Part shown: in pieces, positions 14,430 to 27,780 of the stretch | Position numbering within the stretch: position 1 is the stretch's first letter | Layout: every line of letters begins with the position of its first letter | Source: Eledone cirrhosa | Taxonomy: Eukaryota | Length of the DNA stretch: 64,000 bases | Assembly: GCA_964016885.1 (NCBI GenBank) | Contig: OZ024742.1 | Coordinates: 298,902,001 to 298,966,000, forward strand | Reading direction: 5' to 3' | Notes under the pieces: model-generated | Database searches by the model: none | Told to the model about the DNA's origin: nothing | What the model saw: the letters and a program-made list of their open reading frames with translations, nothing else | Made by a program: the position numbers and the translations under genes

Positions 14430-15319
14430 CTACCCACCCGGGTCATTATAGGGTTTGAGGGCGAGGTAAGTCCTACGCAATCTGTGTTTGCATGCGGTTA
14501 CCAGTTCATCTTTCTTGTTTAGGAGTTGGTCCTTCGAAAACACCATTTGTAATGTTTCCTCCGAGCATAAGTTACACGGACGGAGTCCTCCCGTGTAAGA
14601 GTTAGCTCTGGACAGTAAGATCCAAGTGAGATTGTAGGTTATATTATTATCTTGGAGGTTCCAGATGTGGCCCGAAAGGGTACTGGCATGTCGCCGGACC
14701 GGGTTTCGGAAAGTATGTCGCTGTTGGTAGGGACGGGTCTTGAAGTCACACGCGGTTAATCCTAGATAAGCTTTGTTGGAGGTGTCCGTCCTCACGTTGC
14801 ACTGGTAGATCATGCTACGTTCTCGGCATTTGTTGTTGAGGGGGCACGTAGATCTATTAGGGCTGTTACACCTCCTGGTCGGCTCGCCACTGATGTCTAG
14901 GTTATTTCTTCCATAGGGGTTGAGTTTTTTGTTGTTTGAGGAGACGATGTTTTGTGCGAAGTTAGGTGTGGTGCTGCAGGAGAGTTTGGTGGTGTTTTTG
15001 TTGATTATGTTGTGGTAGCGGTGTTGTAGTGGGAAGTGTTTTTCGAGGAGTCTAAAGAAGATTTTCCCGATAGGTGTTGCCACCTCGGCATTGAGGGGAG
15101 GATTGAACTACGTTACGTTGCGTGAGCGGTGGTGTCGCCTGCTGGTTCCGCTAAGGGAAGCTGGGTAAAAGGATATTTCGTCCAGGAAATTGACTCGGGT
15201 TAGGGAAGTGTGTAGGGTGATTTTAAACCCCCAGTCCTGGAAGAAGTTGATTAGTTGTTTACGGACACGGTCTGTACTACTGGGGTTGTACCCTTTGAGG
15301 GTTAGAAGACCATCATCCC
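14430..15319 (-). pseudogene. Inverted second copy of the PLE C-terminal RT plus GIY-YIG, internally deleted
   Basis: ORFs 15108-15419(-) and 14430-15083(-) are near-identical to the plus-strand protein. NFLD is joined directly to EISFYP. Confidence 0.92.
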
Positions 15320-16794
15320 AAAACGTGAGACTTAGCCTATGGGTCAGCACCCAAGAAGAAATCTCATGGTTCAGGAATATGGAGGACAAACGAGACACAA
15401 AATTCATCCAGTCTGACATAGAGAGTTACTATGCATCTATTACCTTACCGCTCCTTACGGCCGCCTTGGACTTTGCCGAAACACTCACACCCATCACTGA
15501 CCAGGAAAGAAATATCATTCTCCACGCCAGGAAGACAGTCCTACTTTCCGACAACTCCAAGTGGATAAAGAGAGCTCCTGACTCCCCCTTCGACATCAGT
15601 ATGCGCGCGACGGATTCGGCCGAGGTCACAGATCTTATAGGATTATTCCTACTATTTAAACTCACCGAAATGTTTCCTGCATTCAGCGGTGGATTGTACC
15701 GGGATGATGGTCTTCTAACCCTCAAAGGGTACAACCCCAGTAGTACAGACAGGGTCCGTAAACAACTAATCAACTTCTTCCGGGACTGGGGATTTAAAAT
15801 CACCCTACAAACGTCCCTAACCCGAGTCAATTTCCTGGACGTTACCCTTAACCTCGAAATTGATCTGTACTACCCATACAGGAAACCACACGACAACCTG
15901 CACTACATCCACCGCTGCTCTAACCATCCCAGAAACATCACCAATAACCTGGTTAAAAACATCTCCCTCCGCATATCTCGTTTGTCCGCTAATGAGCAGA
16001 TAATCGACGAACACGCGCCACATTACAACCAGGCCCTCAAGCGGAGTGGCTTCCGGGAGGAAATATCCTTTTACCCAGCTTCCCTTAGCGGAACCAGCAG
16101 GCGACACCGCCGCTCACGCAACGTAACGTAGTTCAATCCTCCCCACAATGCCGAGGTGGCAACACCTATCGGGAAAATTTTCTTTAGACTCCTCGAAAAA
16201 CACTTCCCACTACAACACCGCTACCACAACATAATCAACAAAAACACCATCAAACTTTCCTACAGCACCCCACCTAACATCGTCTCCTCAAACAACAAAA
16301 AACTCAACCTCTATGGAAGAAATAACCTAGACATCAGTGGCGAGCCGACCAGGAGGTATAACAGCCCTAATAGATCTACGTGCCGCCTCAACAACAAATG
16401 CCGAGAACGTAACGTGATCTACCAGTGCAACGTGAGGACGGACACCTCCAACAAAGCTTATCTAGGATTAACCGCGTGTAATTTCAAGACCCATCTCTAC
16501 CAACAGCGACATACTTTCCGAAACCCGGTCCGGCGACATGCCACTACACTTTCGGGCCACATCTGGAACCTCCAAGATAATAATATAACGTACAATCTCA
16601 CTTGTAGCTTACTGTCCAGAGCTAACTCTTACACAGGACGCCGTCCGTGTAACTTATGCTCGGAGGAAACATTACAAATGCTGTTTTCGAAGGACCAACT
16701 CCTAAACAAGAAAGATGAACTGGTAACTGTATGCAAACACAGATTGCGTAGGACTTACCTCGCCCTCAAACCCTATAACGACCCGGGTGGGTAG
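15320..16794 (+). pseudogene. 5'-truncated PLE (Naiad-type) RT plus GIY-YIG polyprotein with a premature TAG at 16129-16131
   Basis: FIQSDIESYYASI, FDISMRATDSAEVTDLIG, GLYRDDGLL, NFLDVTLNL, YRKP..YIHRCSNHP, then VT*FNPP, NVIYQCNV..AYLGLT..FKTH, LSGHIWNL, CNLCSEE and LLNKKDEL..CKH. Confidence 0.93.
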
Positions 16795-17474
16795 ACAAGG
16801 GCTGATACCCCCCCCCCCCCCCGCACACACACTTGCCGAATAAGTTACGGGAAACTCCAGCTTAAATAGATGTATCTCTTTTCTTTGCCTCTTTGTCTTC
16901 TCTCTTTCTATTCCTATCACTTCCTTCCACCCCCTATTTTCTTCCTCGTCTCTTTTTCCCCTTTCGCCTACCCCGATGCAGCACATCGGGCCTTTTAGCA
17001 TCATTTCCCCCACCCCTGTTATTTTAAGATAGAATTGGCCGAATACGTTTTACTAACTACTTATAGCAGACGTGTTAAAACCCCTTTAAGTTTGTATCAG
17101 TTTTGTATTTTCTACAAGTTTTATCTATTCTCAACTTATTAACCTGTAATTGTAAGATAGCATTGTGATTTTTTTTATTCATCTCTCACTATCTAATTTT
17201 ATATATTTTTTAATTTCTTTCTAGTATCTTTTACTGTCCCCTACTCTCTTTCGATTTACCTATTCTATAACCAGCCTCCCCCACTTCATACACTATCCTT
17301 AGAATCTGATGTAAACATATCACTTTCAACGCTTGACCGCTCCACTCACTCCTCTATTGTTCTGCAGGCAAGTTCAGCCACCCCTACCTCCCACCAAATG
17401 CCATGATAGACTTATTTGTGTTTACAACAAATTTTAACCAATCCTCTTGACAACTACAATGTTCCCATATAAGG

Positions 17475-17580
17475 AAGTACCCCCTTAAAAAGTTCGGCTA
17501 TTTATTCACCAACTAAAAAATTTAATTTAGTCCTGAAATAGCCGTCGAAACGGCTTGAGCTCTGCCGTCGGGGTCCTAAT
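17475..17580 (+). ncRNA. Hammerhead copy in the right arm, probably inactive
   Basis: Same fold as 13659-13766, but the core reads TTAAAAA (17485-17491, G5>A). The GTC triplet ends at 17569. Confidence 0.65.
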
Positions 17581-17783
17581 TTTTCCTATATATATATATA
17601 TATATATATATACATAAACGGAGAAGGCTAATAGCGATACTCCGGCCAAATTCCATCTCACTCAGCAAACATTACGAAATACCTGAGTATATTCCCAATT
17701 AAACGTTTGGGGTGCTAACTATACTGTAATGTGTGGATAATTGGCTGTATTATTTCATATGAGATATATCAATTATATCATTT

Positions 17784-17906
17784 CCCAGACGAATCGTTTC
17801 ATTATATGATTTCTACAATTTGGGTGAAATTATACCAAGTTATGTAGAAGCTTGTGTAAGATCAATAGATACTTATTCAAGTGGGCGCTTATAAATCTTC
17901 AGTGGG
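17784..17906 (-). ncRNA. Type I hammerhead ribozyme candidate, canonical core, long stem II insert
   Basis: Minus strand: ccca-CTGAAGA-tttata...(~100 nt)...tataat-GAAA-cgattcg-TC-tggg. The segment is bounded by TA tracts. Confidence 0.72.
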
Positions 17907-18179
17907 TATATATATATATATTGAGCCTGGGTAATTTTATAAATCATTCTAGCCAAATGTAGCCGATGTGAATACATTTATATCTACTTAACCTTCTTTA
18001 TATTTATATTTATTTCTAGTTATAATTTGTTTTTAACTTTATATACGGAGGCCAACGTATTCTACGAAATATAACCATCGTATGGCCGGTATCATTAGTA
18101 AGTAAATAAAACCAATGAATATTCACACACACACACATACATACACATTTTCTTCATATATGTCTGCTGCTCTAGATCA

Positions 18180-18400
18180 TCACTTCCCCATAATTGTCTC
18201 AGCTCATTGTTGTGGTGCCACTCTTGAGATTTTGGAATACAGTGAAAGCCAGTGCTCACTCTGTGCATGAGATGCATAAGAGACGTCACCAACAACTACA
18301 TACATTCTTCATTCTACGTCGAGTCCAGTTTTCCCACCCCTACCGAAGCATCGAAATCTCCAGATACTTGGATAAATTTAGCCTCGTTTCAATTTCTCAA
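18180..18400 (-). mobile_element. Degenerate RTE-clade LINE fragment
   Basis: The minus strand gives G.ENWT and CW.RLLCIS.TE-like remnants, typical of the post-RT region of RTE. Confidence 0.4.
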
Positions 18401-18505
18401 TTTTTCCACATAACTGTCCCTTTTTCAGGTGTCTTATTTTAATTTTAACTTAATAGGCAACTAGAAGAAACGAAATAATTTGTATCTGCAGCGAACAATA
18501 TCATA

Positions 18506-18549
<44 letters not shown>

Positions 18550-18552
<3 letters not shown>

Positions 18553-18616
18553 CTCAACCATAGGGCATTATATATATAAATATATATATATATATATAAG
18601 CTCAACCATAGGGCAT

Positions 18617-18662
<46 letters not shown>

Positions 18663-18678
18663 CTCAACCATAGGGCAT
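18550..18678 (+). repeat. Three copies of a 19-bp island separated by TA tracts
   Basis: aagctcaaccatagggcat at 18550, 18598 and 18660. Confidence 0.92.
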
Positions 18679-19789
18679 TATATATATATATATATATATA
18701 TATATACAAAATTAAGATAAATTGAATTAAATTAAATTAAATCAAATTAAATTAAGGGTGTCATGTCAGATTGACATGCGCCATTCACCCATAAAATATG
18801 CTCCAAGATTCAAATGATAGATCCGAGCATTTTATATCAACTAGAAATTGATTGGCATATAATTAAACATATGAAACAATCACAGGGTGGTCTCTGCTAT
18901 TCTTGCCCTGATTAACCTGATAAAATAAAGAACACATTATCTTCTTTATAACAGCAAGTTGTTACTTAGCTGCTATTTCTAGCAAGTTACAAAGCTGCTT
19001 ACGGTACTGGTGCAAAGGAGGGTCGGTCATTTAGGTTATGTAGCAGGGCAGATGACATTCCCTAAGCTTAAATTGTACACAATTCTTATTAGACCGTCAT
19101 TTGCAGGGTTAATACATAAACATAGAATTACATATACTGTTTGTACTCCCCTTATCTGTTAGAGAAGTAGAGACAGTGAGAGACGAGAACTGAATAAAAC
19201 AAGAAAAGACGGTCAAAAGAAAGCAGAAAAAGGAAAAGACGGAAGGAAGAAAAAGTAAAGTAAAGAAAAGTAGTTGTTCTGCACTGTGAGTTTATAGAAA
19301 CTAAAAGAATAAAAGGAAAAGTTGACTTCAGTGGGATTTCAACTTATAGCGGAATGTACACTTATCAGAGTGCATTTTGTTTGATGCGATAATGAACCAG
19401 ATAGGTTTGTGGTAGAACCTGTAGCAGTGGAGGTGTCCGGCGTTCTTGGTCCCCCTACCCCATCTCTGCTCACAGCTAGCGGAGCTGAGTTGGCTGCTGG
19501 TGTAAGCCCCGCGAATTGTAGTGGCGGTTCCGCCGCCTTTCCTCTCTGTCCTCCGGGGCTATGTATTTTCCACCCTGTAGGCCTGAACTAAGTTAGTTGC
19601 TGTTGGGGATACTTTTTCGGACGTCATACATATACACACATACTCTGCCACTAGCATATTAATAGTTATTGATTATGAAGTATAATTGAGATATGTATAC
19701 ATCATACATACATTTACAATCACAGACAGATGAAATGTGTATCAGTAGCTCAAGATACCATCTTGTAGGCATTATTGGACTCAAAAGTA

Positions 19790-19980
19790 GGGCGGTAGAT
19801 TGGCAGTATCGGTAGAGGTCGGACGCCATGCTTTCCAGCATAGTTACGTCCCTTTACGATCTGAGTTCAAATCCCGCCGAGGTTGACTTTGCCTTTCATC
19901 CTTACGGGGGTCGATAAAATAAAGTACCAGTAATGCATTGGGTAATTGCTGGCCTTGTGCCTAAAGTAGAAACAATTATT
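19790..19980 (+). mobile_element. tRNA-derived SINE, full length, with TSD
   Basis: A-box TGGCAGTATCGG, B-box GAGTTCAAATCCC. TSD attattggactcaa at 19771-19784 and 19975-19988. Confidence 0.92.
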
Positions 19981-21069
19981 GGACTCAATCGCTCAGTACC
20001 AATGTAATTGGAATAAGCTCCGGCCTTGACTCCATGTTTTAGTCGGACTTTATGCTAGCTCTATGGAGAGGTTTGAAGATGCAATTGCGGTTTATAGTAG
20101 GTAATCGTAAACGAAATATGAACACAAAAATATCAGTTGCATCTATAACACTATTAGCCACAAACATTGTGTTGGGACACACATGACTGATGACAAATGT
20201 TTCAAAAGCTGTCGCTTCAACCAAACCCACCAACAAGCTGACAAAGAGTGACAAGCTTGTAGAAATAAATAAATATGACTAAACTACTTTTCTATTCTTC
20301 ATAAACCTCTGATATCACGGAGCAATATGTTGTCTATTAGGTGAAAGCATGGTCGACCTGGAGAACTTGAGCTATAGTTCGACCAACTATCTAAATGCTA
20401 CAGCCATGTCATTTTCCATAGCATGGAGTCGGCTTAATCGTTTTGAGTGAAATTGCACTGACGATAACTGTTTGGAAGTGCGTCAGAAGACACTTGAGAA
20501 TGAAGCTAAGGTTACGCAAGTCTCTGATATACTCAGCCACACACATTTTAATTTGAACTTGACTGAACAACTGAAATACACATCGTCAAAATAGATGACT
20601 TTAACTTTACACAATAAAATCCATAACAAATTTTAAAATAGTTCTTTCAAAATATAAAACATAAATGAGATATTAATTATTGCATTATTTAATAGACATT
20701 ACCTGTTTCAAAACAAAAACATCTTATTCTTTAAATTGAAAATCGAATTTTCTAAATATGAAAATAATCATATATGATAAAAATTATGTCATTAAAATAT
20801 GAATAAAAAAAACTATTCGTCGGCACAGCTAAGAATAATTTGTTAAATAGAATTAATAAAACTGTGTTATGTTTATGGTGGGCTAATTGTACATTAATTG
20901 CTAATTCCAGAACATTAGATGCTTTGATATGTCTGTTGATACGGTTTCTAGCTCAGTCAGTCATATGACCGCAGTTTAGAAGAATAGCAACAGTTGATTA
21001 CCAGTATTTGATAGGTACTTATTTTAACTACACGGGAGGATGAAGGGAAAAAATCTGTGAGAAAGAGAA

Positions 21070-21560
21070 TATTTAGGCTGAACTAATGAGGAATCTGCAG
21101 ATATTTCACTCTGACTATACCTTTATATTTGTACCTATGGTCATTGGAGTTCTAGGATATGTTACTAATTGCCTCAGTACAACGCGTGAGAAGCTGGCCT
21201 TCAAATAACCGGAAAGACCGTGGCTAGTTATGAAGTTACAAGTACAGTAAATTAATAGAACTGTAAAAACATGTAAAATATTTCAGAAATTCAGTATGTA
21301 ATAATTACATATACACATGTGTAAACACAGAAACATATCAACCAGTACACACATGATAAAACATATGTGCAACGAAACATAATACAGATCTACATATACA
21401 ATAACACGCACGCACACACAAAAAAAAAAACACATATAGGTATTCATATGTATTTACCTAGTTTATGTTTCTTAAATTTCAATGAGTCTTGTTGCCATGT
21501 TAAAAACCGGGTCTCTCTCTCTATAGGGGAAATGTTATCAAATAACAAGACCAGAACATA
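21070..21560 (+). mobile_element. 3' end of an RLE-type (R4/Dong-like) non-LTR element
   Basis: Translates as YTFIFVPMVIGVLGYVTNCL..EKLAF..KLQVQ..TVKTCKIFQKF, resembling the PIxIGALG C-terminus of RLE elements. Confidence 0.55.
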
Positions 21561-22220
21561 CATACAAAGATTTCCTTCAACTGTTTATAAATCCCAACAA
21601 AATAGTTTCAGAGGAAGGACAAATTTAACGTACATACTGATAATGGTTTAAAACACACCTTAACGTTATATTAAATGTTTTAAATAATACTTGATAATTT
21701 TATAACGAATGTATATGTATATATGAATTTGTGTGTTTAGGACAGTATGTATGTTCCAATTTATAGGCCATGGAGGTGCACTTAGATAGTTCAGATTTTG
21801 CCTGGAGGCACATGTGTTCCACGAGAATATTACATGCTCATAATGAGAGTCTGTTCTTTCTTATTAATTCAGACAGAAACACTAAAAATATTCTATACCC
21901 ACAAGCACTGCAATAGACATTGAAAAATATTACTAATTGGAAAAAATAATTAAGTTAAAGAAATTATGAGAATTAATGCAGTATCTTGTAAAAATATTCT
22001 TTTTCTAAGAAAATAAAAACCAAATTATCATCGTCTTCTATTCTACTGGTTTCAGTTATTATTCTGCGGGCCGTGCTGGGGCACTGCCTTGATTTAGTCG
22101 ATCATATTAATCCCAGTTGTTTTATTTTCAAGTCATGTACATTTTTCATTGAACTATTTCTTTTGTCAAAATAATAGGCACATCAAATCAGTTGCAGACG
22201 TAAACACACTCACGCACTGT

Positions 22221-22277
<57 letters not shown>

Positions 22278-22756
22278 GTATGAAGAATCCGCCAATTAAT
22301 TTCACTTACAAGACATTGGTCACCCATGTATAAAGTAGAAAACATCCCAGAAAAAGTGTGGATGGAAAGTAAAATCCTTAACAACCCATGTTACGCCTGA
22401 AAAAGTTTTGTTCATTTTCTGCACATTTTTCTGAATGAACAATTCTAAGTGAACCAGTCTTCTTAAAAGAGTGTCTTTTTAAAGCACTGTATCATTATCA
22501 CAGGAATGTTGAGCAAATATAGATTCATTCAATGAAGGTTTAAGCAGAAGTGATTCGAAGCCACAGGTCTGGTTCCGATTACTATATTTGTTCAGAACCT
22601 CGTAATACTAGGAACATAGCATTTGTCAATTAATGCTTAACTCTACTAATTTGTGTCTGTAAAAACCTTCAACATGGTACAGTTCATAAAACAGCTTTTG
22701 TTGAAATTGAACTGTTCCATTAAAATATGGAGAATCGCGTAGAAGCCATCTAAAGT

Positions 22757-22947
22757 GTGGATTGGCAGTATCAGTAGAGGGTCAGACACCATGCTTTGCA
22801 GCAAAGAGTTACGGCCCTTTATGTTCAGAGTTCAAATCCCGCCGAGGTTAACTTTGCCTTTCATCCTTACGGGGTCGATAAAATAAAGTACCAGTAATGT
22901 ACTGGTTAATTGCTGGCCTTGTGCCAAAAAAGTAGAAACAATTATTA
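22757..22947 (+). mobile_element. tRNA-derived SINE
   Basis: Colinear with 19790-19980. Confidence 0.92.
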
Positions 22948-24691
22948 CAGGAAATTGATGTGCTAATGAGTATATTTGATATAACTATATCTGGGCAAGC
23001 CTGGGTATAGCTACCAGTATTCTATACAAGGAAATGTAAAATGTTGTGTCGCATTGTACATCTGCAATCTGATCACCAACACAACGCTTCGTCATGCACG
23101 GCTAATTCAAATAGTGTATGATGTATTATGTTATAATACACATGTTATAAGCAGATTATTACATGACGATACGGTTCGGAAGGACTGTACCTGTAATTCA
23201 AAACCCAACCTTGTCCAAATTCAGCTTGGGAATTAGGTTAAAGGTATACATCTCTTTTTGAAGATTCAATCATTTAATACCTTAATTCTCGGATTCAACG
23301 TTCAGTTGATCGAGCAATTGAATTCTTCTCCTCGTCGAAACTGGTGGCGGATCTACCATTGTGATCATGATCATCATTAACATCATTTACTTATTGCATA
23401 GTGATAGAGTCATTTTAGCCACTAGAACACACAATAAGCATTCGATTTATCTCTGTGACTTAACACGTTTGATATCAAACACCTATGATTCTACAATATA
23501 AATCTGCCCGTTTTAAAATATTTATATTCATCTAAAAGTCCTCCACCAAAATTTGATGTACGAACCTTTGTAAAACATATGTTCTCCATAACAGATTGAT
23601 AACGGGAAAGTTATATTACAAAACCTCTCTACATTTTTGATTATTTGCAATTCCATTTGAACTTCATAAGCAATGTTTATAGGGTAACAAAAAGTGTTAA
23701 AGTGAGCTCTCCCAACATTTTCTGCTCCGTCATAAAGTTGGCAGTGCAAACGTTTAGATAGGCAAAGGCTGTAAAGTGTTATGACCTGCCACCTGATTTG
23801 GCATGTACTGCGTACTAGTGAATGGGGGCTTAGTAAATTTAAGTGCGACAAGTTGAAATTATTTAATTTGGAAGAATGCTGCACATTCATCATCATTTCA
23901 AAATATGCATGTTTAACTTTGCATCGTAAGGCGAGCTCTCACAATAATCTGGGTAGGCGTTCGTCACTCATCTAAATTGAGACTCGATAGGAAAAGCTGC
24001 AATTACTGATATATCATATATTACATAGAATACCTCGGTTCTATAAACATATACCATATTTGAATTTACTTTATTCTTGCTCTGTGCTTCAGTAAATGCC
24101 TACTAGAAATACGCCTAGAGCACAGAACTCAGAGAAGCGTATCAGTGCAACTTAATAAATCACAGTTTTATACATATTTGTATAATTTGCTTAAATATAC
24201 TGTAAATTCCTGCGAACAATAAATAAATCTCTACTAAATATCTTAATGCGCAGCAACACAATGGAAATATATAAAACAGCAGTGAGATTGCGTATTGTGG
24301 CATAACTGGTGAGATGAATTGGCGTGGATGTATGAAGTGGGCTTAGTAATTCGCCTAGTGGCAGATGGAGAGATCTCCCACCATTTGTGGGGTGGGTAAG
24401 AGGTATCCTTTCTTGGGAAAATAGACATAGCTTTCATTATTTAAAATCTCCCCTATTTTGCCTCATTTCTTCTCGTTTTGGGGCACTTTTTTCACGGTAC
24501 TCCTCGTTTGGGTTTTTAGAGGTTGGCAGTGTGAAAATTTATGTTTATCAGCTTACCAATCGGCCACTCTCAGATAGGTTTGTGGTAGAGCCTGAAGGAG
24601 TGGTGACTTCCGACGTTCATGGCCCCCGGATCACATCCCTACTCATTGTTACCAGAGCAAAATTGGCCACCCACAGTTGCAAGTCCCACGA

Positions 24692-24722
<31 letters not shown>

Positions 24723-25594
24723 TTCCAGCCTGTCTCCCTCACCGTCCCCTGGGGCAATGCATTCTCCACCCTGTTGGACGGGACCCAGAAGCAAAGGGTA
24801 AGTTAGTTGGTAGTGGAGGATACTCGTTTGGACGTCACTTGCACACATATTGAGTGCCTTTTACCAAACTGAAAATTAAAATTATTTTATCTTATTTACG
24901 AGAATTGGGTGCATAACTGGGAAAAGGAGAACTAGAACGTCCAATCTGTAGATATATATTATTTGGTATCAATGTATTTTATCATACATCTAGCATCGAC
25001 CATATATCTGGCTACTGATACTCCCGCTTCAATGTATCTATTAAAGACGTTGCCCGGTTCTAACATTTTATTTCGTTTTTCTTCGTTTTCCATTGTCACA
25101 TTGTATGCATTTCTCTCTCTCCTCAAATAAATAGCATTTTTCCTTTTCTTGTTAAGCCAAAGCCTAGGTTATATTTCATTTTATCCTTACATTTCTCTTT
25201 CAATCCATTTATCTTCTATCTTATATACGTTCTCCTACTACATTATCTTACACCACCTTCCATCAATGTACATTTGATGTATGTGATGGTAGTTGTGGTT
25301 TATAGTCAGTTTCAGAGTTGGTGTGGTGCTGGTAGCCATGGTAAGAGACTTGCGTCTTCGACCACATTCCTCTCCAGTTTTCATCTTTATTATTTTATTC
25401 CTTTACTAGTTTCTCCCTTTAGACTGCGGTCATGCTGCAGCACGATCTTAAAGGGATTTAGTCGATCGTTTTGATTTGTTTTAAAGTCTGGTATTTATTT
25501 TATCGCTTCCCTTTTGTCCAGTAGCTGGTTGCGGGATACACACATAGACACGAATATATACAAACATACCTACACACACACATAAATGCTTGCA

Positions 25595-25713
<119 letters not shown>

Positions 25714-27399
25714 CTTCTCTGATGAACATGAGAGAAGCAGGCGAAACTACAAAGTAACAATACTCTCTATTTAACTTTAATAAAATGAACATTTAAACTC
25801 CCCATCGCTATTCAGTACTTTTCCCCCGGCCGTCAGCTACACTTTCCTTCCTCCATATTTCCGTGACAAGCCATTGTTGAACCCGAGGCTACAGTTGATT
25901 ACAACCTGCCCAAGTGAGAGTGAATCTGAAACCACACATTCACCTTTCTCTTATTGTCATACAAAAACTGTCGCTTTTCCTTAATCCTAGGTCAGCTTAA
26001 TTAACTAAAACTACATAATCTTTCTCTCGTGTCTCAAGGTAGCGTGGAATTTGATGGATATTTGGCTAAGTTTCTCAGCAAATAGACCAACCACGTAGCC
26101 GCCCCATCGGTTGTCTCGAAATTTGTTTATTCTGTCGCCTTGATGTTAGTTGTTTCATTTTTATTTTACATTTTATGGTTTTGTTGTCACATGATGAATG
26201 GAAACTCCGTCTACTGTTTCTTGAGACTGTTTACACAATATAAATCATCTCTTACTTCTCGTTCTCTCACTTTCTGTCTCTCTCTCTCTCCTTTTCTATC
26301 TCTACATATATACACACACATGTGTACATTTACGTATAGGTTTGTATATGCATATGCAACAACATATACAGACCTATACGTAAATGTATACAAGCGTATG
26401 CAAGTATATGTATATGAAACATATGTATGTACAAACTTCATGATGGGAAATTTGAAAGTTTCACTAGAAGATTTCTTTTTTTAACTTACAAACTGTAGTA
26501 GAATTTCTAGAAAGAAAAGTCTCTTCTGACAACTGTAAACAACTCGACCTACCCCTCACACACCCAAAACCTCATACTATCATCTGCATGTTTATTTGTA
26601 TTTATATATTGTGTTATTGATAACATCCATGAGTTCGGCTTGTCTTGCATGACAACACCCGATGGAATGCGTGCTTGACGACTCTGCCCCAACGCTCACC
26701 AAAGAAGAAGAAGAAGCTCTATATTGGATCTATACAGTATCTGGATCTCGGATCCTTAATGTAAAGTTACATCAATTCTTTATCACTATGAAATCCCATT
26801 GTTTCCCAAGCAGAAGATTTATACCATTCGCATTCATAAAAAGATATGAAACTGCCTTTTTTAAACCTCCATAGAAAATGCCCATGCTATCTGTTGTAGA
26901 ATTGTATTTCAGTTGCTTTCTTTGCCCACCATTTATATTTCTTAAAATTGTTTGTACTGATCTTTTTCCATTTCTAATTTGATTGCTTTGCTTGGCATTT
27001 TTCTCTGATATCCAATTCGTGTGTGAATAACGAATTCTATATCGGAAAGTCTCAAAGTCAAAGAACGTCTCATAGAACCAATCGTTATACTTGCAATGGG
27101 GCAATCCAAGTATTTCAAAGGCAGAAGAATATATTGCGTCTTTGATAAAGCTTCTTGATTCTTCAGTTTTATGTTATATATATATTTGACAAAGATTCAT
27201 CTATTTCATCTGAGAGTTTATATTTCTTTTCTTTAATACTGAGTGACTTAACATTTATACATCTAAGAGCTTTAATATTCTGATGTTGCGTTTTTGAATT
27301 CTGCAATTAAGAGTGTCGTATAAACGAATGAACAAAGTATATTTTTATCCCATTTTCTGGTATATGTCTACAATCAAATAAATCTCAGGCCATAGACAA

Positions 27400-27780
27400 A
27401 GGATGTTATTCAGGCCAAGTACATGGATGTTATTCAACCATCTTGCTCGGGGTCTACCCCTGGGTCTATTTTACCCGTAAAATCCGTCCAGTGATTCTTT
27501 ACTGGGTTATTCTAACCACATGCCCATAGTGTCGGAGCTGTGATTCGGAGAAGTAGTGTTTATACCTAGAGCGATTCTCTGATCTCCGAGCTACGTACTC
27601 TATCGAGTAAAGTTATTCTAAAGAGCCTTCGGAGGAACCCAATTTCGGCCGTTTCTATTCATGATCGTATTCTTTCGATCATACCCAAAATTTATGATCA
27701 TAGGTAAGGGTTGGGACAAATACCGAATTGAAGATAGTAGGCTTGGCTTTTACACCTAGCTTCCTTCTTCTGATTACCGG
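27400..27780 (-). mobile_element. RTE-clade LINE fragment (post-RT region)
   Basis: Minus strand: LTY.H.FWV..ERIRS.IETAEIGFLRRLFRITLLDRVRSSEIRESL and SQLRHYGHVVR. Confidence 0.75.

Larger units (their letters stand above)
13573..17588. mobile_element. Penelope-like element as a head-to-head fold-back insertion, 3' ends outward, flanked by (TA)n
   Basis: 13651-15319 is an inverted copy of ~15701-17588 with one internal deletion. The inversion junction is at ~15319/15320. TA tracts at 13541-13572 and 17587-17612. The left arm carries an extra ~78-bp tail. Confidence 0.93.

Noticed and set aside
15190-15319. N-terminus of track ORF 15190-16131 as real protein sequence
   Set aside because: It is the antisense read of the inverted arm. 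Genuine RT sequence starts at ~15320.
16129-16131. Selenocysteine recoding, as reported for some Naiad PLEs
   Set aside because: The in-frame stop is TAG at a Trp position, not TGA at a Cys position. No SECIS recognised.
13573-17588. Interpreting the large inverted repeats as DNA-transposon TIRs or assembly artefacts
   Set aside because: The arms contain RT/GIY-YIG coding sequence, are unequal in length and differ by many substitutions and indels.
17975-18080. CCGATGT-gaatac...gtattc-tac-GAAA motif
   Set aside because: Stems I and III do not form. At best a heavily decayed ribozyme.
18550-18678. CRISPR-like repeat-spacer pattern
   Set aside because: Spacers are plain TA runs, the context is eukaryotic and there are no cas genes.
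19790-19880. tRNA gene
   Set aside because: A and B boxes are present, but they continue into a repeated SINE body with TSDs and form no cloverleaf.
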